Of a DNA stretch of 64,000 nucleotides, positions 1 to 10,454 are shown in pieces. Source of the DNA: Naegleria gruberi (Eukaryota). The notes beneath the pieces are model-generated. The model was not told the origin of the DNA. It did no database searches and worked only from the letters and a program-made list of their open reading frames with translations. Position numbers and translations under genes: made by a program. The DNA lies in the NCBI GenBank assembly GCA_000004985.1, contig GG738904.1. One strand, given 5' to 3'. Each line of letters starts with the position of its first letter. The stretch's first letter is position 1.

Positions 1-2
1 CC

Positions 3-407
3 ATCGATTGCCTTGATGTTATCAAGATTCACAATGAAAATCATCCAGATAGCCGTATCAATATCAGATTGGGAATTAACACTGGTAGTGTAGTTGCTGG
101 TGTGATCGGAAAGAAAAAGTTTGCCTACGATTTGTGGGGTGATACAATCAATATGGCTTCCAGAATGGAATCTACCTCACTAGCAGGAAGAATTCACATA
201 TCACGATCAACCTATGAACGAGTTCATGATTTAGGTTTGGAATTTGAGGAAAGACAAGTTGAAGTGAAAGGAAAGGGTCTTTGCCAAACCTATCTCTTAC
301 TTGCAAAATATCATGCTGATCCGCTTGCTGAATCCTTTGTCAATCATCACTTAATGGACGCTGTTGAACCAATGGATGATGACAATGTCAACCAAGACCA
401 TGATTAA
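3..407 (+). CDS. Class III adenylate/guanylate cyclase, C-terminal part of catalytic domain (5' partial, continues upstream of window)
   Basis: Frame is open from nt 3. Translation ...IRLGINTGSVVAGVIGKKKFAYDLWGDTINMASRMESTS... matches the nucleotidyl cyclase motif (GxxxGxVVAGVVG..YDxWGDTVNxASRMES). Stop TAA at 405-407. The M at 69 in the ORF track is an alternative-start artefact (TTG). Confidence 0.75.
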   Translation: MDCLDVIKIHNENHPDSRINIRLGINTGSVVAGVIGKKKFAYDLWGDTINMASRMESTSLAGRIHISRSTYERVHDLGLEFEERQVEVKGKGLCQTYLLLAKYHADPLAESFVNHHLMDAVEPMDDDNVNQDHD

Positions 408-741
408 CAAGTGTAATTACAAAATTGAAATGTTAAATCTCACTAAAAAATGTATTTAATTCTCTCCCTACCACTCTGGTGGTAAATATTCATCAATGAA
501 ATTATATATACTTTAGATGTCACTTATATTAAGATACAGAGTGTGCTTACTCTCCAACTTGTATGAAGGAATTGGAATGAAGCTATGACAACAAGAGGAA
601 TCAAAACCAAACTGGTAATTTTTCTGGTTGTCTAAATGATTCTCTGACAAGTTGAGAGCAAATTGAAGAATTGTCCCCTAGTTTATTATGCCATTAGCAA
701 GACGACTGAATTAGATATTGTTACACTCACAATAACAGTTT

Positions 742-2349
742 TTATTGAACTCTCTTTGTCATTCTAATCTTTAAATTACCAGGTCTGAAAGTAATTTGTC
801 CAACATAACCAACTGGATCATTGACTTCATCATTCAACAATTCAATTTCATAACTTTGCAACATTCTCGCCAAGACACAACAAGTTTCAACAAGAGAGAA
901 CTTGTATCCGATACATTTTCTTATTCCCATGGAGAAAGGAAGCATGGAATAATCAGAGTTTGTTTTCTTCAAGTATTCTTCATCCATGAAACGTTCTGGA
1001 TCGAAAATATTGGCATTGTTCCAAATTTGGTTATTCTTATTGGAATAGGCGATGAATGAATGGACAATGGAATCTTTTGGAATGAGAATTGGACCAAGAT
1101 GAGTAGATTTGGAAGCTTCCTTGAATACAGAACCAACTGGTGGATGACATCTCAAAGTTTCCATAATACAGGCATTCAAATATATTAAGGAATTGTAATC
1201 TTCTAAGGTTGGAGCTTTTCCATTTGGAAGAATTCTATCAATTTCTTCTCTGATACGTTTTTGAATATCTGGTCTTCTACCAACTTCATAAAAAAACCAA
1301 GAAAGTGTATTGGAACTAGTATCAGTTCCAGCAATAAAAAGCACCAATGAATTAGAATAGATTTCTCCTTCAGTTAATTGATTATTAATGAAGTTTTCTC
1401 TAATCATGAGTGATAGGACATCATTGGATTGCGTTTCAGATCCATTCTCAATTTCTCTAGTTCTCAAAGCAATAATTTCTTTAACCTTATTAAGGAATTT
1501 TTCACGATGAACGTCAACTCCAAAAATCTTCCAAGAGAGATTTCTCAAGAATCTATTCTTGAAGAATATGTTCAAAAGAAAACCAACAAAGAAAATCTTG
1601 TCGACAGATTGTTTCATTTCTCTTCCTTTTTTGGTATCTTCACAATTTTCCTTTTCTGGTGGCACAAAAATTGAAAATCCACTTCCAAATACAGCTATTT
1701 CACATTGATTTAACTAATAAATACATAAATTTGAAAACTTACATCTTGCCAACACATCCAATGTCAAATTAGTAAATAAATTAGTAGTGTCAACCATCAC
1801 ACCACCTTCCTTTTCAATAACTGGATCCCAAATATACTTGGTAATGATATCAACAACATCAGATGTTTCCTTTGCCATGAATTCCAAGTTATTTGAATTA
1901 AAAGCTGGAGAAATGACCTTGTGGTGTTTTTTCCAACTTTCGCTATCAGGAGCAGAAACTAAATGTTGACCGAAAATTTCAGTAATCTCATAAACAACTG
2001 AACTTTTTGGGAAGAGAGAAAGCTTTTTGCCATGTAATTCTTTTAGCATTTCTCTATCTGATACATAAATACGATTTCCAAACATGGTAGAAATTCTAAA
2101 TGTGTTAGTTTCCTTATCTGCTCTTCCCTTGATATAATTTGATAACCAATATTCACATCCAATGTAATGATATGGAGCAAGGATTGGAATGTAGAATGGG
2201 GAATTGTCGATAAATTGCCAAACTCCAGGAATGTGCTTTGCTTTCGAATAGTTTTGATAAACCATCCACAAACTAATAAACAAGACAGTTGCCACAAGTG
2301 CAGCCACACCAACTACCAATTGAGTAAGAAGTTGAAACAAGGTTTCCAT
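742..2349 (-). CDS. Cytochrome P450; join(complement 1743..2349, complement 742..1694) with a 48-nt intron at 1695-1742
   Basis: ATG at 2349-2347, N-terminal membrane anchor METLFQLLTQLVVGVAALVATVLF. Heme-binding FSMGIRKCIGYKFS, EXXR (ETLR) and AGTDTSS I-helix motifs are in the 3' exon. Donor GTAAGT and acceptor AAATAG restore the ...LDVLARS-VFGSGF... region. 519 codons in frame. Confidence 0.85.
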
Positions 2350-2939
2350 TTCTTTCTATTTTTTTAGATGAAATTTTCATTTTGCAAGAAGAATCCAAAA
2401 TATTTAAATCGGAATTGATCGGGTTTGAGTGTAGGAATTGTCGGATACATGTTCCGCCACCAATGTCCTCCCAAAATCTCAATCAAAAAATTCAATTTGC
2501 GTTCTAAATCATGCATGGATTGAAGTTATTTCCAACAAGAACGTACAACAATAAGAGTTTACCACAGGTATTGTAATTTACTTCCAAATTGGTGGGTGTC
2601 CATGCTATGATTTATTTTCCGACTTGGCACTTTAAAAACTGTCAAACACACACCAGTAACCAAGACAACTCCCAATATTTTCTGATGATGATACTTGCTA
2701 TGAAATACTAATCCTTCATTGACTGGAAATTGATCCTATCCACCTGCACACTCATTTCCAAACAATGGAATAGTATCATATTAAATTATTCGAAATTGGC
2801 CATCCATTTTCAGAACAAACGTGAATTTTCAAAAAGTAAATTTTTACACAAACCATCGAACTATGGCTATGAACGCGTGTTAGTAAAAAATCAGGAATTC
2901 CCATCCTACAAGAATTGAAAAATGAGAACAAACTTTGAA

Positions 2940-3250
2940 AATTCACTTGGTTTGGAAGGAGCAATTATAATTGGCCAAATGAAGCAATTGAGCAATTGAC
3001 TGCTTTGGATATTTCCTATAATAGGATTGGAGATGAAGGTGCAATGCTAATTGGTGGACTGAAGAATTTGATTTCATTGCAAATTTTTGAGAAGAAGATT
3101 CGAATAGGTCCTTTTGTGCCAAGTCAATTAGTAAATTGAAACAATTGACTCAACTTTATATTTCAAATAATAGAATTGGAGAAGATAATTGAGGGAACAA
3201 TTTAGACAATTACTTTCCTGGAATTCTTACCATTTGAGTTGGGTTTAGAA
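2940..3250 (+). pseudogene. Degenerate fragment of an RNI-like leucine-rich-repeat gene, with frameshifts and stops
   Basis: Broken frames read ...QLTALDISYNRIGDEGAMLIGGLKNLISLQIF..., resembling the LRR units of the genes at 39130-40365 and 61669-62640. Interrupted by several stop codons. No ATG-initiated ORF. Confidence 0.35.
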
Positions 3251-3411
3251 TAGGAAACATTAGTTTCGAATAAATTTATTGGAAATAATGTTAAAATTGT
3301 AAAATATCAATTCAATACTCTGTCAATATCATTGTAATCCCCGTTACACCGGCCTTTTCAAAAGTGAACAAGGAAAAAAGCCACAAGAACACTTTCCATC
3401 ACCAAAAAAAA

Positions 3412-6400
3412 ATGACATCTGTCAACACAAATGTCTTGCCTGATCATTCTCTTCTAGATTTTAAATCACAGCTTGAATATATAGATGAGCCTCCGTACAG
3501 CATTAACAATTCACATATTCTCCAATATTTACAATGCAAGGATTCGAATAACAATATTGGAAACATTGAAAATAATCAACAACAACAACAACAAAAACAG
3601 CGACATTCCCTCCTCTCCTCATCATCACTCATCGATCATGAAAACATTCACATTTTAGACTTTTTAAATTTTGCAACACTTTCGATTGATTTAAACAAAC
3701 GAGCACAAATTTCACAACAAATTTTGGAAGATTTGGAAAATATCGAATCAACATTATCATCAACAACACTTCCAACTACAAATTCCATAGCCACTCCTCC
3801 TCCAAATTCCAATTCCTCCTCTACATCATCATCTTCCTCTCCTCTACATTCGTATATTTTTGCCTATGCAACATTATTGCAATGCTCTACGAAAGTATCT
3901 ATCAATCACAATGAACAAGTTGTTTACTTGTTGAATAGAGCAGAATATAAATTGAGAAATGCCATTACTTCATGTGAAATGAATAGAGAGTTGGCTTTGG
4001 ATTTTGTTTTGCAAGCCGAGTTGCATTTTCTATTGGCAAGAGTTTTATTCGAATTGTCATTTCCTAGATCTGATGAATTGGAAAAGGAATCTGCAGTGAT
4101 GGCTGCCATGTCTCAGCCAATTGGTATGAAAACTGCAACATCAAGCACTACTAGTTCACAGTCAATTAGTACTTCATCTCCAATTCAGATTGGTTCAAAT
4201 AATTCTCCAAAGGAAACCTTCTCTGCTCCTGGAGTAATTGGTAGTTATTATGGAACTAGTGTGGGAATGAGTCATTCATTATCTTCTGATAATTTCATGG
4301 CTCTTTCTTTGGATTCTCCATTGAGAAATTCGAGTTATGGATCACCTAATAGTAATAGTCATCCAAATTTAAAGCAAGGAAGTGGCTCACCATCATTTAG
4401 TCCTCGAGGAAATACTTCACAGAAAGCAGCTCAACAAGCACAACAGCAAGTTGATAGCATTTTCCAGGATATTTGTCTTCATATGGATTCTGCCATTAAA
4501 TTCTTTGAAAAATCAACAGTGAAGAGGAAGAAGAAAGTGGATCAGGAATCAGAAGAGAATACTCCAGTGGATATTGTTCAGGAATCAAAGAGAGCCTACA
4601 TGAATATGTATTTTGGGGATGTTCTCACACAGTGGAGTGTTAGAAGAAAACAGAGATGGGCTGCCTTGTGTTCCAGAGCACAGGAAAAGTACAATATCAG
4701 TATCAAAATTTGCATTGACAAGATACTGCCAAGTTTAAATCGAGAAAAGACCATTTGTATTAATACTAGAGGAGTGGAACAGTTCACTGATAATCAATGC
4801 ATTTATTCTGCTCTCCATCATCAATGCTTGTACAAATATTCTGTATTATTACTTTATTGGGTTAGAAGAAAACGAGAACACACTACCATTTACTCTGGTG
4901 ATGCTAATTCAGGAGATGTTAATTTGGCAAGTTTCGACTATGATTCAACAATGGTTGCTGTGGATTCTATTGGAGAAATTGAAGCCACGTATTCAGAGAT
5001 TCGACCAAATGCCTTAACTGATGCTTCATCACCATCAGGATCAACTCCTGAAACTTCTCAAAAAGGAAATGTTCCTCGACATGCTCAATCCATTTTCAAA
5101 AATTCAGTAGCCACCGATGCAGAAAAACTGTGTAAGGCATGTGTGAAATTGTGGGAATGTGTTTGTGAGTTGGAGGAACGCAAATCAAAAGCTTTCCAGG
5201 CCATTCCAGAGCATACCATTAATCCTCATTATTATTTCAGACTTTCCAATTCTATTTATGAATATGCCTTACTCTTGATACCAACTGCATCCATTCTCTC
5301 TTTCAATGATTACTTGGAGACCTATGACAATTTGGAAGGAGAACGTTCAAGAACTACCTCTCGTTCTGAAGTTCTATCTAGTAGTTTATCGTGGCATGAT
5401 ATGTTTTTTAAAGATAGAATGCTCAATGATAAGAAGGATCTTCTCAGAGAAAATAATAGAAAAGTTATTTCGGATCAATCCTCCAAAACTGTCATTCTCG
5501 ATGAGAATAATAAGGATGATTTGAGATTGAGATATAGTTTAATTTACTCTGATCAAATTGGTGAGATTAACATTAGAACTATCTTAACAAGAGAAGCTCT
5601 GATGGAAAAAGCCATCGAAGCAATTGACAAGTGTATTTCACTGACAACGAAAACCAATACTGATCTTTTAATGTTTCACAGTCAACTCTACTTTGAAATG
5701 GGAGCACTGAAAACAACCAGCATAACCTCTTCGAGCGAATCACACATGGTTAACACAATCAAACAACATGATAAGAAAAAGACCCAAAAATCAGAAGTGG
5801 AAAATCTATCTGAAAGTATGATTGACGAGAATAGACAGAGAATGCTGAAGGAAGTTGATGAACTGTTCACAGTGTCTATTGTTTCATTGAACAAGGTTTT
5901 GGAAGCAAAACCAAGCCACATGGTTGCAATGGCAGTACTCGGAGAAGTTTACTTCTTCTGGTCTCGATCAAAATTTGGAAAGGAATCGGACAAACACATT
6001 CAAAATGCTATTGAAATTTGGACTCGTCTATTGAACTTCCCTCAACTCACTCTTCCTTACAATATTACATTGGATCACATCTCCAAAATGATTTCATTTG
6101 CTTTGGAAATTAGAAAGGGAATTATCATTTGTGATGGAATGGGCCTCAAACAAGGAAAATTGAGAAAGAGTTGGACTGAAAGATACTTCCTTCTTACCAT
6201 TGAATATTTTGGATATTTCCAAATCAAAACAACCAAATCTTTGAAAAAGAAAAAGATGAAGAATACCATCCCATCTGATACCATCGATTATGTAAAACAA
6301 AACACAGATGACAAATTCACATCCAACAAGAATTATCCCTTCTGTTTGGAGGTTGTTTGTAAGAAGAGAACTTTCTATGTTTGCTACAGTTCACAAGAAG

Positions 6401-6483
6401 AATTGGATAGGTGGGATGCTGCCTTTGAATATGTCATTCTCATGAATCAAATCATGTCTGGGGCCAATTCAAACTTTAAATAA
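3412..6483 (+). CDS. Low-complexity (Q/N/S-rich) protein with C-terminal PH domain
   Basis: ATG at 3412 (the track start at 3364 is GTG). C-terminal ~110 aa GMGLKQGKLRKSWTERYFLLTIEYFGYFQ...FYVCYSSQEELDRWDAAFEYV has the PH-domain pattern (basic start, conserved W near the C-terminal helix). CAA/poly-Q and S-rich tracts. Single exon. Confidence 0.6.
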   Translation: MTSVNTNVLPDHSLLDFKSQLEYIDEPPYSINNSHILQYLQCKDSNNNIGNIENNQQQQQQKQRHSLLSSSSLIDHENIHILDFLNFATLSIDLNKRAQISQQILEDLENIESTLSSTTLPTTNSIATPPPNSNSSSTSSSSSPLHSYIFAYATLLQCSTKVSINHNEQVVYLLNRAEYKLRNAITSCEMNRELALDFVLQAELHFLLARVLFELSFPRSDELEKESAVMAAMSQPIGMKTATSSTTSSQSISTSSPIQIGSNNSPKETFSAPGVIGSYYGTSVGMSHSLSSDNFMALSLDSPLRNSSYGSPNSNSHPNLKQGSGSPSFSPRGNTSQKAAQQAQQQVDSIFQDICLHMDSAIKFFEKSTVKRKKKVDQESEENTPVDIVQESKRAYMNMYFGDVLTQWSVRRKQRWAALCSRAQEKYNISIKICIDKILPSLNREKTICINTRGVEQFTDNQCIYSALHHQCLYKYSVLLLYWVRRKREHTTIYSGDANSGDVNLASFDYDSTMVAVDSIGEIEATYSEIRPNALTDASSPSGSTPETSQKGNVPRHAQSIFKNSVATDAEKLCKACVKLWECVCELEERKSKAFQAIPEHTINPHYYFRLSNSIYEYALLLIPTASILSFNDYLETYDNLEGERSRTTSRSEVLSSSLSWHDMFFKDRMLNDKKDLLRENNRKVISDQSSKTVILDENNKDDLRLRYSLIYSDQIGEINIRTILTREALMEKAIEAIDKCISLTTKTNTDLLMFHSQLYFEMGALKTTSITSSSESHMVNTIKQHDKKKTQKSEVENLSESMIDENRQRMLKEVDELFTVSIVSLNKVLEAKPSHMVAMAVLGEVYFFWSRSKFGKESDKHIQNAIEIWTRLLNFPQLTLPYNITLDHISKMISFALEIRKGIIICDGMGLKQGKLRKSWTERYFLLTIEYFGYFQIKTTKSLKKKKMKNTIPSDTIDYVKQNTDDKFTSNKNYPFCLEVVCKKRTFYVCYSSQEELDRWDAAFEYVILMNQIMSGANSNFK

Positions 6484-6597
6484 ATGAACGTTACTTATGC
6501 CGCCATTTCAAACGTTTAAAAAAAATCAAAATGTTTTAAAAAATAATTCAAAAAAATTTAATACAACACATTTGATGAATCACGATTTTTTTATTTA

Positions 6598-8305
6598 TTA
6601 TTGCTTTTTAATCTTCTTGAATGCCTTCTTGGCCTTCTTATTGGCTTCCTTAGCCTTCTTTTGAGACTTTTTGGATTTGAAGATTTTAGCCTTCTCGGTT
6701 GCTTTCTTTGCTCTTCTGGCAAGTCTACGAGCTTGTCTAAAAACACGACGAGCCATACGGTCAATCTTCTTCTCAGATTTGGATCTCTTGAATTGGGCAA
6801 TCTTCTTTACTCTCTTCAAGAACTTCTTCAAGAATTTAACCCTCTTGGATTTGTTGTTCTTCTTGGCCTTCTTGATTACCTTCTTCAAGTGCTTGTACAC
6901 CTTTTTGGCTTGCTTCTTGAGCTTTCTGATGGCACGTCTGGCTGCTCTCTTTGCTTTTCTGGCTCTTCTTCTTGAAGACTTGGATCCAGACTTGGTTGCT
7001 TTGAATGCTTTCTTTGCCTTCTTGATTGCTCTCTTGGCCTTTCTTTGGTAACGTCTGAGCTTTCTGACACACTTTGGAGTTCTTCTCTTTTTGCCACCCT
7101 TCTTTGAAGATGATTTGCCACCCTTTCTGAAAGAACCCTTCTTGAGCTTTCTTTGAATCTTTCTCAAGAGTCTCTTTTCCTTTCTGACCTTCTTTTCAGA
7201 CTTTCTTACCCTCTTGGCCATCTTTTTGACCTTCTTGAAAGCTTTTCTGGCACATTTAGCTTTGACCTTTCTTGCCTTCTTGAATGCCTTCTTTGCAGCC
7301 TTCTTGAGTTTCTTGGTCTTGTTTTCTTCCTGCTTGATGATAGACTTGACCTTCTTGATTGCCTTCTTACCCTTCTTCTTGATTGTCTTTTTCAATTCCT
7401 TCTTTTCAGCAGATTGGACCTTCTTGATTGTTTTACCAATTTGAGCACCAATCTTTTCTCCAGATTGAATAGTATCCTTGACACAAGCATTCCAAGCAAC
7501 TGGATGCTTCTTTTCATTCAAACCAGCCTTCTTACAAACCTTCTTGGCTGCTTCCTTTCTCTTTGGAGTTTCTTTCTTGAGTTTGACAGTACGAGTGAGT
7601 TTTCTTTGTAAATGATTGTGGAGAATACCAGTGGCAGTCTTTTTAGATTCATTAACATTGAGACACAAACCAGAAGTGAATGAAAGAGGTTGAGGAGCAT
7701 CAACAACAACTGAAATGTATCCAACAGAACCCAATTGTGCTTGCCAAGCTTGATTACGATACCAAGACATTGTCAACTTGGCACCATTGGATGCAGTAGC
7801 AATAGCAGTTTGGGCATTGACTCTATTGACAGAACCAGAACCAATCTTTTTGGTTTCACCAACAGCAAGAGGAGCTTGAACACCATCAATATAGAAAACA
7901 TCAGCATTGACATCATATTCAAAGACCTTAGAACCCAATTTTACAGCAACATTGGAATTGACAGAGGCAGCTGCCCACTTTGAAGTTCTTTAAAACAAGA
8001 TGTAAGTTAATTCTAATTTTCATAATAAATTACCTTATATGTACAATGAATTCATCATCATTACTTTGAGCAAGGATATAATCACCAAGTCCCATAAAGT
8101 CAAATCTTTTACTATCAAAGCTCAACATATGAGGATCGCCCAAAGCTTCGCATTTCTTGTAGGTCAATTGAGCTACTTGTCTTTGAACAACCTTGAGTGG
8201 TTTAGCTTTAATCACTTTGCTTAATGCATGAACATCCACAAGTACAAATGCCAACAGGCAAGTAATACCTAGAGCTAGATAGAGAAGGCTCTTCAAGCTT
8301 TTCAT
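6598..8305 (-). CDS. Secreted VWD-domain protein with ~330-aa polylysine/arginine C-terminal tail; join(complement 8034..8305, complement 6598..7987), 46-nt intron at 7988-8033
   Basis: ATG at 8305, signal peptide MKSLKSLLYLALGITCLLAFVLVDVHA. VWD hallmarks CEALGDPHMLSFDSKRFDFMGLGDYIL and ...SGLCLNVNE (cf. GDPHY-TFDG / GLCGNFNG). Donor GTAATT and acceptor TTTAAAG join ...EFIVHIR|TSKWAAASV... in frame (554 codons). The tail is an irregular KKAxKK repeat. The plus-strand ORFs 6601-7611 are antisense artefacts of AAG/AAA codons. Confidence 0.65.
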
Positions 8306-8567
8306 TTTTTTAATTGTTGTTTATTGTAGGGAGGTGAAATTAATGACCTTTTATTGATTTGGAAATAAGGTCTTGTGATTGGGCGCCTGTTATTGTAGAT
8401 TTTCTTGGATGAGAAGAATACACTCTGTTGTATATAATCAAAAGTTGATGAAATATTATGAGGAGTGGAAATCTCGTCCATCATTCGAAATCAATTTCAT
8501 TCTTGAATAATACAAAGACTATTAATAATTTACTTTTATAATTGGATTTGATTTCACTTTCAAAAAA

Positions 8568-10207
8568 ATGAGAAATTTTGGTGTTTTAACAATTGGAACA
8601 AGGTAAATCTCAATCTTTACCAATTATTATGAAAATAATATTAAATATTAAATATTTAATAGAGGTGATTTTCAGGTAGGTTGTTGATTGATTTAAATTT
8701 TGATGTGAGTGATATATATTATTCACATCATAGCCAATGTTTGCATTTGCTTTGGAATTACAACAACAACTTGTTGATGATCAAGTCTATTTAATTGCCA
8801 GCGAAATTTATCGGAATAATTATGAATCTATTCTTCAACAATCAAACAAGTTGGCTGCGAGATTACAATTCAGAGGATTAAGTGGAAATCCAAAGGAAAC
8901 AATGCAAGATCCGAGAACGCAACAAGCATTGAAAACTGGTGATTATGCAACTTTGATGGCTTTAACAGCTCGTCCAGGACAAATTCTAATGGAAAAGAGT
9001 ACAAACGACATGTTTGAATTGGTAAAGGAAATCAAGTTTGATGGATTAATCACTTGTTCGATGGGAATGCCAATTATTTGGATGTTGAGTGAGAAGTATG
9101 AGATACCAATTGCTTACTTGGGATTAGTTCCAGAGGCTCCAACAAGTGATTTTCCATTCTGTGTAATTTCACCAGTCTCTCTTGGTAGCCCAGAGAAGAA
9201 CTTGGCTTCCTACGATTCAGTCTATAAGGGATCAGCTGCCAGAAGTGAGGAAATGATAAACAATCAACGAATGAGCCTTGGTTTGGAAAAATTGAAAGGA
9301 AAGGATTGGTTGTCTTTGAAGGAGGATCATGACATGCCAATTTGTTATGCCTTTTCAAAGATGGCATTTGGAGGAAAGACACCAAATGGTTACAGGGATA
9401 ATATTAATTTGATTGGATATTTGGAATTGAAATTGGAAAATGAAAAATTAGAGTCTGAAATTGAAGAATTTGTAAAGGATGGAAAGGAAAAGCCAATATT
9501 TCTATCATTTGGATCTATGCCTGCACCAGATCCTTTCCAATTATTTGAACTCACCCATCATGTTCTCTCTGTAAACGCTAATAGGAGAGTAATCTTATCC
9601 TGTGGTATGTAGTAGTTAGGATTATGCTCAAAATTATGACTATGGCAACTTGTAATAATGCATTACAGGATGGACTGAAATGGATCAGGTATTGAAAGAT
9701 TTAAATGAACGTAAATTTGAACATAATCAAGACAAATTTTCAAATGAAGAATCTGGAAAATATACAAACTTAATCCAACAATTGAAACAATTCATGCAAG
9801 AGGACAGATTATTAATCATCAAGGAAGCTCCATACTATCTCCTCTTTCCAAAATGCTCTTGTATTGCTCATCACTGTGGAGCTGGTACAACTGGAACAGC
9901 ACTCATTGCTGGTATTCCTCAAATTCCACTTCCTGTTTTTATGGATCAACCATTCTGGGCTCAAAGAATGCATGATTTGGGAGTTGCCTCTCCTCCCATT
10001 CCATTCAAGGACATTACCAATGAGAAGATTAATTCCTCCATTGAATTTGTATTGGAAAGTGATGAAAGTCAAAGAATCAAAGAAAGGGCCTCCGAAATTA
10101 AGAATCAAATTGCTAAGGAGGATGTAAATCCTCTCTCCCGATCCGTCGATTGCATACTTGATTCCCTCTTAGGAGACAAACCATTCATTGTACCCAAGCT
10201 TCTTTAA
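8568..10207 (+). CDS. Sterol 3-beta-glucosyltransferase-like UDP-glycosyltransferase (GT1, UGT80/UGT51 type); join(8568..8602, 8663..8675, 8734..9604, 9669..10207)
   Basis: Exon 1 plus the 13-nt micro-exon give MRNFGVLTIGTRGDFQPMFAFALEL, the GT1 N-terminal motif (LTxGSRGDVQP). The C-terminal exon has HHCGAGTTGTALIAGIPQIPLPVFMDQPFWAQR (UDPGT signature, cf. HHGGAGTT...GDQFFW). Introns are GTAAAT..AATAG, GTAGGT..CATAG and GTATGT..TTACAG. 486 codons in frame. Confidence 0.8.
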
Positions 10208-10454
10208 TTGCAATCATGGACCAAAATTATCATGAAGATTTTGGAGGGTTACAAAAAAAAAATAACTCAACAACCTTAATATCATCATGCCACAACAGGC
10301 TTCAAGAATAAAGAAGATACTCTTTCCAATGAAGCATGAAGCTGATATAAATTATTGAAGGATTTAAACATTAATTCGAGAATTCATGCAATAACAGATT
10401 ATTAATCATAATTGTAGACAATCATCAAATCTCATCAAATGTCATGGAAAAAAA

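Noticed and set aside
69-71. Start codon M at 69 for the cyclase fragment (and many other track starts such as 3364, 16466-18265, 22856, 32737, 34774, 48084, 61627)
   Set aside because: The track evidently allows TTG/GTG starts. For a eukaryotic nuclear genome I re-anchored to the first in-frame ATG, or treated the ORF as an internal exon.
6601-7611. Plus-strand ORFs 6601-6975, 6671-7051 and 7153-7611 (L/F-rich)
   Set aside because: Antisense to the AAG/AAA-rich polylysine coding region. CTT/TTT codons give spurious Leu/Phe ORFs.
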